From a virus (taxonomy: Duplodnaviria; Caudoviricetes): a DNA stretch of 44,161 nucleotides. Made by a program: the position numbers and the translations under genes. The stretch's first letter is position 1; every line of letters begins with the position of its first letter. The DNA is taken from positions 1-44,161 of IMG/VR virus record IMGVR_UViG_3300037783_000006; one strand, 5' to 3'. Below the pieces are notes generated by a model. That model worked only from the letters and a program-made list of their open reading frames with translations. It was not told the DNA's origin and did no database searches. Below, piece after piece: positions 8,333 through 17,086 of this stretch.

Positions 8333-10584
8333 CCTTTACGAGTATTGATGTTTGTTAACTTGTCTAATTTGCTACCTAGATACATTACACCGCTTTGTTG
8401 AGATTGCCTTAGCCTGTCCAAACCATGAAGTAAATTATGGTCTTTAAAATCAACACTTATACCGTTAAGTTCTGCTGATTTGTTCATATCTGCAAATCCA
8501 TTGAACATACTTTCGTCTATCAACTTCGGTACGTAATTCTTTAGAATGTATTGTTCTTCCGCACCTTGTCTGATTGCTTCTAATAGACCGTAATGTTTGC
8601 GGGTCTTATCCTTTGGCATGAAATACTCTTCGCCCTCAGCTTCAATCAAAATACCACCTTGCTTGTGCGATTTACCTTTTAGCAGACCATGTTCGGCAAC
8701 CATACCACCCTCTGCAAATGTTGGTAGTGGTTCACTTGCTATTGCTGCCACTTGAACAGCACCTTGAGCTGCTGCCAATGCAGCAAAACCAGCAGCAACA
8801 GGAAATGGAACTCCGGGGCTACTCAATGCGTTTATTATAGCCTGTGAAGTTCCTATTATAGCATTGAACAAGGCAGCGTCTTTTGCCGCTTGCGCTGATT
8901 TTCTTTGTAGTTCTACTTGCTTTCGCTCAAACTCTTCCCTTGTTAGTTCACCGTTTTCGTATAACCTGTTTATTTCAGCTAAATCATTTGTTATTTGCGC
9001 TTGAACAGCATTTGAAACTATGTTAGATATATTTCCAATTGTATTTAACGTTTCCTGAACAATCGCAAGTGCTACCTGTTGCTCGTATTCAGCACGTTCA
9101 TCCGCTTTCATTTTCTCAAAAGCGTTCCTTTGCTCAATAAGCTTTTCAATCTCTTTGTTGCGCCTTTCGTAATCGTCAATGATTGCATCTGTTTCTAGTT
9201 CCTGAGTTTCCAAAAGGTCATCACCTATTGTGTCTATTTCTTGGTCTGGTTGTGTTGCATACTTCCTTTCAGCCAATAACCTAAGTGCTAGGTTTATTTC
9301 TTTGATTTTAGCTTCTATCTCATCGGCTAAACGGTAAAAGTCAGCACCGCCTATTTCAGCCGCGTTGAATTGCTCTTTAAGCGTCTTTAACTCTTCGTTG
9401 AGTTGGTTGATACTTCTTACAGTACCTTCACCGCCTTCGCCACCAATTAATTCGTTCTGTTCAGCTATTTGCTGGTTGAACATTTCGGTAGCTTTAGCAG
9501 CGTCTTCTGAAAAGTCAGCATAATCTTTAAGACCTAGCCATTGGTCAACTATTATCTTTTTTGCCGTTTCTCCAAGTTTGTTGAACTCGATTAGCTCTTC
9601 GTTACTAAGTGTCAGTCTATAAGCCGCTTCTTGAAGTTCATCGGTCAAAGATGATAACGCATCTGATGCTGAATTGTAATAGTCAATACCCGTGTTTACA
9701 ATATCATTCAAAGCTCTAAACGGCTCTAGTATTGCTTTTATTACGTTTCCAGTAAAGAATCCAATTATATTAAAATCCTCAGTTCCACCTGTTAGTTCTT
9801 GAATCTTTGATTCAGTAATACCCAACTCTTCTGAAAACTTGGTTATTTCGCTTATCAATTCTTTACCGACTATCGCCTTAGTGTTCTCTAAAGCAACATT
9901 CATTTGGGCTATCTTGTCAGCCGTTGTATCAGCTTGGTCACCCATCTTCGAAAGTTCTTCGGTAGCAATATCTCCAACTATTTGAGCAATGTCACCAACA
10001 CTTGCAGTCTCCATTCCTACTCCGTTAAGCCTTTCACGTAACTCAACCGCGCTGATTCCTAAGTTGTCAAGTATCAACGGGCTTTTCCTACCAATACCCG
10101 TAACAATTGAATCAACTAAATAGTCGACACTTTCTCCCGTTTCTCTTGCCCTTGCTTGAGCGAACTGAAAAAGACTTGCAAGGTTCTCTAACGGTATCTT
10201 GAAGTTACTTGCCTTTACAGCATTCTGCATCAACTGTAAATCGCTTACAGTACCCCTAGTGGCATCTCTAAGCCCTTGAAGTATTTGTGGTGAACCTATG
10301 CGCCTAAACGCACGCTCTACTCCCTCTAAGTTAGCAGCTACCCTAATTGATTCGGCTGCAAACCTTCTAACTTGGTCTAATGCAAATGTGACCCCTATTA
10401 CCTGTCCTAACTTCTTAAAGTCAGCAGCTAAACCATTAGCCATCTTTGAGTAAGAACCCTCGACCTCTTTAGCAGACTTCTTTCCGTCCTTTTCTATCTT
10501 GTCAACACGCTTGGAAATCTTGTCGAGTTCCTTTATCGCCTTGTCAACACGAATGTCATATTCACCTACTATCTTATCTGCCAT
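8326..10584 (-). CDS. Tail tape measure protein
   Basis: 752 aa, helical and Ala-rich; GIGRKSPLILDNLGI core; hydrophobic AAGFAALAAAQG stretch; FAEGG..GKSHKQGG near the C-terminus. Confidence 0.9.
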   Translation of the reverse strand: MADKIVGEYDIRVDKAIKELDKISKRVDKIEKDGKKSAKEVEGSYSKMANGLAADFKKLGQVIGVTFALDQVRRFAAESIRVAANLEGVERAFRRIGSPQILQGLRDATRGTVSDLQLMQNAVKASNFKIPLENLASLFQFAQARARETGESVDYLVDSIVTGIGRKSPLILDNLGISAVELRERLNGVGMETASVGDIAQIVGDIATEELSKMGDQADTTADKIAQMNVALENTKAIVGKELISEITKFSEELGITESKIQELTGGTEDFNIIGFFTGNVIKAILEPFRALNDIVNTGIDYYNSASDALSSLTDELQEAAYRLTLSNEELIEFNKLGETAKKIIVDQWLGLKDYADFSEDAAKATEMFNQQIAEQNELIGGEGGEGTVRSINQLNEELKTLKEQFNAAEIGGADFYRLADEIEAKIKEINLALRLLAERKYATQPDQEIDTIGDDLLETQELETDAIIDDYERRNKEIEKLIEQRNAFEKMKADERAEYEQQVALAIVQETLNTIGNISNIVSNAVQAQITNDLAEINRLYENGELTREEFERKQVELQRKSAQAAKDAALFNAIIGTSQAIINALSSPGVPFPVAAGFAALAAAQGAVQVAAIASEPLPTFAEGGMVAEHGLLKGKSHKQGGILIEAEGEEYFMPKDKTRKHYGLLEAIRQGAEEQYILKNYVPKLIDESMFNGFADMNKSAELNGISVDFKDHNLLHGLDRLRQSQQSGVMYLGSKLDKLTNINTRKGW

Positions 10585-10613
10585 TTCGAGAATAGATAGC
10601 GGTGTATTAAAGC

Positions 10614-10922
10614 CTACCGCTTGGAGTGCTTGCGTTGGTCTAAGACCCTATCCACAAAGATACGAATTTCAAACAATATTTCATTACCCGACATTTCCAT
10701 CAATGTCTTGAAATCAGCAGCGTCCTCTGCTATGTGTTCTCGGAGGAACTTTCTGAGTATTGCGCTTTCTTTGGCGATGTCTCGTCTAAGTTCATCGAAC
10801 GTATCAATTCGCCCTCTTCCTTTAGTTGCTTTAGACTTTCCCGAAAGCCTTGCGAAATGACCGCCCAAGAGTTTTTGGAAATGTTGAACCGTTCTGATAG
10901 GTCTTTCACAGCGGTCAACCGA
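10614..10922 (-). CDS. -1 frameshift extension of the tail assembly chaperone (lambda gpGT-like)
   Basis: The -1 frame opens right at the T9 run 10922-10930 (TAG just upstream) and stays open to 10614, 30 bp before the tape measure start. Confidence 0.65.
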   Translation of the reverse strand, partial: SVDRCERPIRTVQHFQKLLGGHFARLSGKSKATKGRGRIDTFDELRRDIAKESAILRKFLREHIAEDAADFKTLMEMSGNEILFEIRIFVDRVLDQRKHSKR

Positions 10923-11398
10923 AAAAAAAAGCTATCGCCACTTTCGGCTACACTCATCAAGTAGTCACACTTTTCCTGATGGATTACTTTATTCGGTTTG
11001 GAGATGTTCTCATCTTCTCTAATGAAGTCAGCGGCTATTACGTTTATCAACACGTCCATCGGTATGATGTTGTCACGCATATCCATAAACCGCTTGAAGA
11101 TAGTTAGACCTGTAAGGTAGTCACCCTCGTTAAACGCCTTTGTAATGTCTTTATACGCTATTTCCATAGCTTCTGGACTAAGTCTAGCAGATAGCATTGA
11201 AACGAACTGAGACTGCTGTTCTATTCGTTCTATCGGGTTTCCTAATCCATCTGGAAACTCATACCATGCTAAACCCTTGTCATCAACAAACACAAAGTTC
11301 AAATCCTCAAACTCTACTGGCTTTTGCCAACGTCTGCGAATGTAAGCGTCTATCGTTTCTGGTGAAACCTTTTCGAGTAGTTTAAACAGTAGCTTCAT
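10730..11398 (-). CDS. Putative tail assembly chaperone (gpG-like)
   Basis: Upstream of the tape measure gene; contains slippery AGC TTT TTT TTT CGG. Confidence 0.65.
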   Translation of the reverse strand: MKLLFKLLEKVSPETIDAYIRRRWQKPVEFEDLNFVFVDDKGLAWYEFPDGLGNPIERIEQQSQFVSMLSARLSPEAMEIAYKDITKAFNEGDYLTGLTIFKRFMDMRDNIIPMDVLINVIAADFIREDENISKPNKVIHQEKCDYLMSVAESGDSFFFRLTAVKDLSERFNISKNSWAVISQGFRESLKQLKEEGELIRSMNLDETSPKKAQYSESSSENT

Positions 11399-11654
11399 TT
11401 ATCAATTTTGCAGCTTCATCAATATTCAAAGAGGAATACCATTCTTTGTCGAATCCTCTGACATGGAAATAACACCCGTCACCGTCTATCTTTGGTTCTA
11501 TCCAAATAACCTCGTTAGGGTCAACGTAGGTATCAAACGCCTTAAGGTCATCATGACAGATGCTTTGTTTTGGCTTTGGCAAATTTAACGCTTCATAGTC
11601 AATTTCTTCATCAACTTCAGTGTAATAGTAGTATAGTGGTATTTTAACTAGCAT
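11382..11654 (-). CDS. Hypothetical protein
   Basis: 90-aa ORF overlapping both neighbours in the operon. Confidence 0.75.
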   Translation of the reverse strand: MLVKIPLYYYYTEVDEEIDYEALNLPKPKQSICHDDLKAFDTYVDPNEVIWIEPKIDGDGCYFHVRGFDKEWYSSLNIDEAAKLINEATV

Positions 11655-11934
11655 CGAGTTTGTCTATTATTGCTGTGACTATTCTAACCACCCCTGCAAC
11701 TGCAAATATATTTGTAATGAACATTAACGGGCTGTTGTAACCAATCTGTAAAGTAATACCCCAAAAACTACTCATGCAAAGCGCACAGAACAATAACGGC
11801 TTCATCCACTTCTGATACCATTTGCCGTCCATCATGTCCCAGTAAACGTCTAGGTCTTTTCCTGTAAACGCATACAATAGACTGTCAGCTACGTTGTGGA
11901 TACCAATGATGCAAAGGGCAATGTAGAGTATCAT
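11644..11934 (-). CDS. Small membrane protein with CxxC (KPLLFCALCMSSFWG)
   Basis: About three hydrophobic segments; coupled to the upstream gene. Confidence 0.7.
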   Translation of the reverse strand: MILYIALCIIGIHNVADSLLYAFTGKDLDVYWDMMDGKWYQKWMKPLLFCALCMSSFWGITLQIGYNSPLMFITNIFAVAGVVRIVTAIIDKLDAS

Positions 11935-12299
11935 ACGCTTATTTTAGCTTCTGCAATAACGTCAGGCGAACCACCTTCTGTAACTCTATCAAACCGCACG
12001 CTCAAACAGGTTACGCTTGTAACGGTACTAGGCAGGTTAAAACTCTCATTTTCAAACGCTTGGTTCTCCGTTGTGTTCATCCATACCTCATACGTAGCAT
12101 TGGCTACACGGTTCGGAAATGTGATTGAAACCTTGCCGTCAACACCGCTTGTAACGCTTTCTTTTGACACGTAGCCAGTAGCCGTGTTCATGGTGTAAAC
12201 AAATAGAGATGCCCCACTAGATGACCAATCTCCGACCCATACGTTTGTAGCGCAATATGGAACGGATAAAACGGTGGTGCAAGGTGTGCAAACGCTCAT
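11931..12299 (-). CDS. Hypothetical beta-rich, probably virion, protein
   Basis: 122 aa; TAACTTTG element at 12304-12311 only 4 nt upstream. Confidence 0.7.
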   Translation of the reverse strand: MSVCTPCTTVLSVPYCATNVWVGDWSSSGASLFVYTMNTATGYVSKESVTSGVDGKVSITFPNRVANATYEVWMNTTENQAFENESFNLPSTVTSVTCLSVRFDRVTEGGSPDVIAEAKISV

Positions 12300-12308
12300 G
12301 TTACAAAG

Positions 12309-12473
12309 TTAAAGAATTAGTTTTGAAACCTTACCTGTTTTAGGGTTAACTGAGTACCCCATCTTTTGCGCCTCTCTGATAAGATTGTCTAAGTTCTGTT
12401 TGATTGCCTTTTGGCTTTCAATCATTGTCTTAGCGTGGCTTTCTAGGTTTTTTACCTGTTCGTCTGTTAGCAT
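12309..12473 (-). CDS. Hypothetical 54-aa protein (not in the ORF track)
   Basis: Manual translation MLTDEQVKNLESHAKTMIESQKAIKQNLDNLIREAQKMGYSVNPKTGKVSKLIL; fills the gap after terL. Confidence 0.65.
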   Translation of the reverse strand: MLTDEQVKNLESHAKTMIESQKAIKQNLDNLIREAQKMGYSVNPKTGKVSKLIL

Positions 12474-12486
12474 GGTCTAAAGGTAA

Positions 12487-13823
12487 TCAAATTCTCAAAG
12501 TCTGATTCATTTCTATCCAATCTTTAACGGCTTTGTGATTGACGGCATACCTTACCGCATCCATGAAGTCAGCCCTTTCATGTATGTTTTTTCTATTCTC
12601 TTTGACCAATTTGCCCTCACCGTCTGCCTCAACAAATCGAAGGTCACGTATAGTGTTCTCACACTTTGGCGAAATCTTGAAATCAGGATGATGGTACAAC
12701 ACATAGTTCAAATCATTCCTAGATTGCTTATGCGGTGGGTTAGGCGTTGTCTGAACGTTTCGCATTGGTATCTTTAGTTCCCTTGCCAGTTGTTCATAAT
12801 AAGACCCGTTAGAAAGCGTCCTAGCGTTTCCTGAGTAATCACCTGTTATGACCATGTTGTGCAACCACGGATAGAACTTCCACTCAATCCTCTCAGAAGC
12901 CTCTACTATGCTACCTTCGTCTATTGTCTCTTCGTCTAAGATGTGAAAGTGAAACCCGTCTTTGTCTTGGTATGCTTGGTAATAGATGAACCCAAACGGT
13001 TCAACGTTGAAGTCCATACTAACGTATAGCGTCTCTAATTCGTTGATGTAAACTTCTTGGATAAACTTGTCGTCCCAATTGGTAGCGAACCTGTTATTGA
13101 CCTCTATTACCTCCCAATCGCCCTCAACGAATCTTTGGTAATCGGTCGGCATCATATTATCCTTTAGGCTTTTCAGATAGCTTTTAGGAATGAAAGGGTT
13201 GTCGGTTATCTTTGCCTGTATGTACGCCCACTTTTTAGGCAATGTGTCGTTTTTCCATCTATCGTAAAACTTAGCTTTAACCCAATTATGTGTTGGGTTA
13301 CAAGTAGCCAATATCACACTTGGAACATCTCCAGCCTTTAACCATGTACCTGACCTTTCTATCATCTTGTAGAAAGTAGCTTCTTGCAGTTCGTTTATTT
13401 CCTCAGCACCTGCACCGTTGATTTCAAGACCTCTAAAGCGGTTCAGCTCCTTGTCTTGGTCGAATGATTCAGCCATGAATATTATCTGGCTATCATTGCG
13501 GAACGTTACCGTGTACGTATCTCTGTTGAATTCTTTAACGAACTTATCCAGTCCGTCTGATAGTAGTGCTGAAAACGATACTAGAGTAGTTCGTTTAAGT
13601 GTTGGCAATGATTCACGGACAATTACCCACCTTGACTTCGGGTAGGTAGAAGCTAAATAGCAGAAAGTAGTTAGTAGCCAAAATGTTTTACCGCCTCGAT
13701 AACTTGCCCCCTCCTCCTAAGATTTGGGGGCTAAAACCGAATAGCCCCACCGTAGAGAATTACATCTTTCTCTCCCGATGTGGCTAATTCAAATGCTTCA
13801 CTTTGTTTTTTACTTAGTTCCAT
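12487..13823 (-). CDS. terL: Terminase large subunit, interrupted by a 41-nt insert (13696-13736); reconstructed 431 aa
   Basis: 5' part MELSKKQSEAF...VILYGGAIR (13823-13737) plus 3' part GGKTFWLL...IVRESLPTLKRTT (from 13695) rebuild Walker A. Also RFRGLEING..EEINE (Walker B), LATCNP, SMDFN nuclease motif and DFMDAVRY. Confidence 0.92.
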
Positions 13824-14067
13824 TCAGCTTTAAGATAAACGGTTCATTGTCCATTGTGATTTCTTGTTTCTGAGTTGGAAGACCCCAATCGTAAGACATC
13901 AATAGTTTAGCGGCTGCAAGTTTATCTGAATCCTTTTCGCCTGTTCTCATAATGTTAACAACAGTCTGTATTGTCTCGTCACGATATGGTGAAAGAATGT
14001 CTCGAAGTCTTTGTTCGTCTGCTTTCTTTTTCCGACCTGCATTTGGTCTTTTTCCGCCTCTTGGCAT
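13810..14067 (-). CDS. terS: Terminase small subunit
   Basis: MPRGGKRPNAGRK start, AAAKLLMSYDWGLP; overlaps the terL start; TAGTTTTG at 14105-14112. Confidence 0.8.
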   Translation of the reverse strand: MPRGGKRPNAGRKKKADEQRLRDILSPYRDETIQTVVNIMRTGEKDSDKLAAAKLLMSYDWGLPTQKQEITMDNEPFILKLNGTK

Positions 14068-14124
14068 TGATTCCGTTTTGATTATTCAACTAAGAATTTA
14101 GTTACAAAACTAATAAAATAGTTT

Positions 14125-14394
14125 TCAAGGTAGTTTAATCTTACCAAAGAATGGTTTTTTGCTAACTGACTTTTTACCCTTGCAAGACCACAACGCCCTA
14201 GCGAAATAGTTAGCAGAATTGCGTTTAGACTTTATCCCTGCGCTTCTGGCACAATAACTATCGCCTCTTGGTGTATTTGGTTTAATAGTGTAACCTGACG
14301 CGCCAAAATGAACGCATTTATCGTTTTTACAGGCTTTGTACTTTTTACCCTTTCTAGAGCTTCTTGATATTTCAAACCCGTTGTATTTAGCCAT
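14125..14394 (-). CDS. Small highly basic phage protein (VHFGASGY..SYCARS..SANYFAR..W); start revised to ATG 14394
   Basis: The longer track ORF runs through a terminator and a promoter; TATATTTG at 14399-14406 lies just before ATG 14394. Confidence 0.75.
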   Translation of the reverse strand: MAKYNGFEISRSSRKGKKYKACKNDKCVHFGASGYTIKPNTPRGDSYCARSAGIKSKRNSANYFARALWSCKGKKSVSKKPFFGKIKLP

Positions 14395-14407
14395 GATACA
14401 AATATAC

Positions 14408-14434
14408 AAAAAAAGCCCCGTTAATTTGGGGCTT
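14408..14434 (-). terminator. Rho-independent terminator closing the leftward early/cassette transcript
   Basis: AAGCCCC/GGGGCTT stem followed by a T-run on the minus strand. Confidence 0.8.
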
Positions 14435-14695
14435 AACCTTGCTGCACCATTCAAACTTGGCAAGGCTGAATTAGTAAGGTTTTGGTCATCGGTAATCCTC
14501 TCCACCGAATAGCGTTAATTGCACCTCTTTAGGCTCATCACTTAAGATGTAAGCCCAATCCTCATCGGTTGCTATCAAATACTCTGTGATTGTCATGCGT
14601 AAACTTTTGCGCACTAAAATATAATTAAATCGTTTATCGTTTCTGTTTTTCTGTTTTTATAATTGTATTTCGTTGACTTTGAAACAGTTATTTGT

Positions 14696-14729
14696 TGCGC
14701 AAATATTTTCGTTACACTTAGCGATAGTT
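14696..14729 (-). repeat. 34-bp array-terminal (attI-like) motif, copy 1
   Basis: Exact reverse complement of 33298-33331: AACTATCGCTAAGTGTAACGAAAATATTTGCGCA. Confidence 0.95.
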
Positions 14730-14910
14730 ATAAAACAGTTTTAGGTTTGTACTTCTCTTTACCTGTTCCGTTACAAGCACCGCATTTTGGAGAACCGTTG
14801 TGGTCATAATAACCACTTCCATTACAAGCAGTACATGGTCGCTGTTTCCAACCTTTTACATATTTCTCAAAATGCTCTTTTCGTATCTGTTTTCGTTCTT
14901 TGAAGTCCAT
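14728..14910 (-). CDS. Cassette gene: small protein with two CxxCxGxG (DnaJ-type zinc finger) motifs
   Basis: CTACNGSG and CGACNGTG; stop overlaps the TAAC core. Confidence 0.8.
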   Translation of the reverse strand: MDFKERKQIRKEHFEKYVKGWKQRPCTACNGSGYYDHNGSPKCGACNGTGKEKYKPKTVL

Positions 14911-15070
14911 AAAAACCGTTTTATAACAAAGTCTATAAGCAATTGCCTATCAGCGTTTGTTGGTTAATTGAAAGTATTTACAAGGCAACTGCTCATAGCC
15001 TCAACCGTTGTATGCCATTAAAACGGTACGCTCGTACCTCGCCATACAACACAGTATAAACAAAATACAC

Positions 15071-15328
15071 TCACTCGCTCAGTGCTATAATCAAAGCCTG
15101 TCTAATATTTGAGTGCCATTGCTTTGCTTCAACAAAAAATGAAGTTGATACATCTTCGGCTTCATCGCCCATTACTACGCTTTGCATACCATCAAAAGCC
15201 ACCGCCCATCTTCCATCATCATCATTCAATAAATTAGGGCAATAGCCTATTTCACATAGTTCTTGAAGAGATTGCTCTACCGTCAACTCTTCATTTTTTG
15301 TTTTCGCTAAAATTTCTTCGTGTGTCAT
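15071..15328 (-). CDS. Cassette gene inside a site loop, hypothetical (start revised to ATG 15328)
   Basis: Same leader as the 31239 gene (AGTATAAACAAAGTAAA..CGAAC..GAT ATG). Confidence 0.7.
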   Translation of the reverse strand: MTHEEILAKTKNEELTVEQSLQELCEIGYCPNLLNDDDGRWAVAFDGMQSVVMGDEAEDVSTSFFVEAKQWHSNIRQALIIALSE

Positions 15329-15371
15329 ATCGTTCGTTTTACTTTGTTTATACTCCTTCGTTGGCAAACAT

Positions 15372-15629
15372 TCATGCCAACACTAACTCACCATCCAAGT
15401 ATTTTAAACAATGTCTAACTAATGGAGCAATTTGACACTCAACATTTAAGTCATGTCCAGTTTTTATGTTCGGCCACCCTTCCTTTTGCCGCTCCTTAAA
15501 GTATTCATCTATTTCTTGAAGTTTACCTTCAAAAAATTTCCTGTCATTTTCTTCACACAGTTGCTTAATAGTCGCTGCGTAGTTCGGATTCATTTGCCCT
15601 CGTTCGTTAAATTTTTTTTCTAAAGCCAT
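15372..15629 (-). CDS. Cassette body gene, hypothetical (start revised to ATG 15629)
   Basis: Lies wholly between GTTGGCAAAC and GTTTGCCAAC inverted repeats. Confidence 0.7.
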   Translation of the reverse strand: MALEKKFNERGQMNPNYAATIKQLCEENDRKFFEGKLQEIDEYFKERQKEGWPNIKTGHDLNVECQIAPLVRHCLKYLDGELVLA

Positions 15630-15740
15630 CACTATAACGTTTGCCAACAATAAATAAAATGAATAGCGCAGGTTGGCGTTCTGCTTCTATCCAATGTTTG
15701 TTCGTGCGCTACTGCATTTTATTAAAGCCGTTGGAGAACA

Positions 15741-16049
15741 TTATCTCTCCACTATTCTGTAATCATCCCAAATAGCAGATGCTATCAGTTTCAATTGCTC
15801 AAAGTCAACATCTTCAAATTGCATATTTTCTTGAAATCCAACAGCTTGTTGTTTCACGACTTCTTGAAATCCCTTTCTTGATAACGATTCTCCAACATCA
15901 GCTAAATCAACAGATTTAACTTGTTGTTCGTACTCATCAATCGCTATTCTCAGTTCCTCCATCAGTTGATAAATAGGTGTGTTTGGATATTCTCGCTGAA
16001 ATTTCTCAGCAAATCTCACTGCAATTTCATGTGATGTTAGTGTTTTCAT
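15741..16049 (-). CDS. Cassette gene crossing the GTT core (..QQVKSVDLADV*GES..)
   Basis: GTT at 15896-15894 is the in-frame Val52 codon. Confidence 0.75.
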   Translation of the reverse strand: MKTLTSHEIAVRFAEKFQREYPNTPIYQLMEELRIAIDEYEQQVKSVDLADVGESLSRKGFQEVVKQQAVGFQENMQFEDVDFEQLKLIASAIWDDYRIVER

Positions 16050-16094
16050 CTCGTAGTTATTTACCCGTTAAATCCGATTGTTTAGCTGTGTCCG

Positions 16095-16316
16095 TTATAA
16101 AGAATGCCTGTAATCTTTATATTTTTCTAATACTTCCCATAGTTCATAAACCTTTTCAGAACTTACTACCATACCTTCGTCATTTTTGCCAGTGTTGTGC
16201 CAGTGTTGTATGCAAGCCGCTTTATCAAATAATTCAATAAAAGCACTCTCTATAACAACAGGTATAGCACATTGCTTGTCTGCTTTTTTTCTAAATAATC
16301 TCTTAATCCAATTCAT
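16095..16316 (-). CDS. Cassette gene crossing the GTT core (..KQCAIPVV*IES..)
   Basis: GTT at 16256-16254 is the in-frame Val21 codon; stop overlaps TAAC. Confidence 0.75.
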   Translation of the reverse strand: MNWIKRLFRKKADKQCAIPVVIESAFIELFDKAACIQHWHNTGKNDEGMVVSSEKVYELWEVLEKYKDYRHSL

Positions 16317-16374
16317 ATTATTTTAATTTTAGTTAGTGGTGGCAACGTGCCATACCTACAACGTTGCATCAAAT

Positions 16375-16476
16375 TCAAAACATAAACCATTCTGCAATCT
16401 TAACACCTATAATCATCCCTGCAATAATAGAAGGTATCATGTATCGTTTTTCCAAGTAAATGTTATACTGTTTCAT
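16375..16476 (-). CDS. Possible 33-aa membrane peptide
   Basis: Manual translation MKQYNIYLEKRYMIPSIIAGMIIGVKIAEWFMF; array 1 starts 10 nt after its stop. Confidence 0.4.
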   Translation of the reverse strand: MKQYNIYLEKRYMIPSIIAGMIIGVKIAEWFMF

Positions 16477-16500
16477 TTCAATGTTTTTTCACATTTGACT

Positions 16501-16674
16501 TTATTCTAAGTTCATCAAGTGTATCAACTGTATCTTTTGCTCGTACTTGTCGCGTACTGCTTTCATGGCTTGAATTGCTTCTTCTCTCCTTATTTGATTT
16601 ACGTCTGATGAACCAAACCATTTTTTTATTGGAAACATCTCCAATGCCATCTGTCGTATCTCTTTGTCTGTCAT
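16501..16674 (-). CDS. Hypothetical 57-aa protein (not in the ORF track)
   Basis: Manual translation MTDKEIRQMALEMFPIKKWFGSSDVNQIRREEAIQAMKAVRDKYEQKIQLIHLMNLE; starts 2 nt after the upstream stop. Confidence 0.65.
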   Translation of the reverse strand: MTDKEIRQMALEMFPIKKWFGSSDVNQIRREEAIQAMKAVRDKYEQKIQLIHLMNLE

Positions 16675-16676
16675 CT

Positions 16677-17057
16677 CTAATTTCTTACAAGTGACACTTC
16701 TTTACCGTTGACCTCCCAATGGTAGCCTTTGTGTGCTATAAATGACTTAACATCATTTGAAACGCTGAAATTGCAACCTGTATCTAAATCAACCCTCCTA
16801 TCAAACTCGCTTTCATCCTTCATCAGAATCTCGCAAAATTCGTGGACTGAGATTTCCTTGTGGTCACGCGAATTTAAATAATCAACCAACTCAAGGTCTT
16901 CAATGTCTAACACAATATATGGATATTCATCATTATACTCGTTACCCTCGAACCAATCAATACCACTCTTCTCAGCTGCAAGTTTAACAGCTAAAAATTC
17001 AGCTTCGCTGTTCGGTTCGCAGCAATACTTCGATAGTTCTTTCAGTTTCTGTTTCAT
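16677..17057 (-). CDS. Hypothetical protein
   Basis: 126-aa acidic ORF; TATATTTG at 17072-17079. Confidence 0.75.
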   Translation of the reverse strand: MKQKLKELSKYCCEPNSEAEFLAVKLAAEKSGIDWFEGNEYNDEYPYIVLDIEDLELVDYLNSRDHKEISVHEFCEILMKDESEFDRRVDLDTGCNFSVSNDVKSFIAHKGYHWEVNGKEVSLVRN

Positions 17058-17086
17058 CTTTGTTGTTTTAACAAATATACGTTTAA

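Larger units (their letters stand above)
14696..16365 (-). mobile_element. Integron-like cassette array 1 (5 hairpin sites, 5 bodies)
   Basis: Sites (AAC..GTT on minus): 16365-16254, 16096-15894, 15732-15646, 15362-15048, 15009-14925. Bodies with terminal inverted repeats: 16256-16094, 15896-15730, 15648-15360, 15050-15007, 14927-14727. Confidence 0.85.

Noticed and set aside
12487-13608. ORF-track start of terL at TTG 13608
   Set aside because: It would omit Walker A and the adenine-binding region, which are encoded upstream.
3416-13645. Plus-strand track ORFs within the tail and terminase region (e.g. 4339, 5450, 10621, 11896, 13418)
   Set aside because: Antisense shadows of well-supported minus-strand genes, with no motifs or promoters.
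13696-13736. Genome-wide TAG reassignment, simple frameshift or intein as the explanation for split terL
   Set aside because: TAG ends several normal genes; the halves are in different frames with stops in all three; 41 nt is too short and out of frame for an intein or a complete group I intron.
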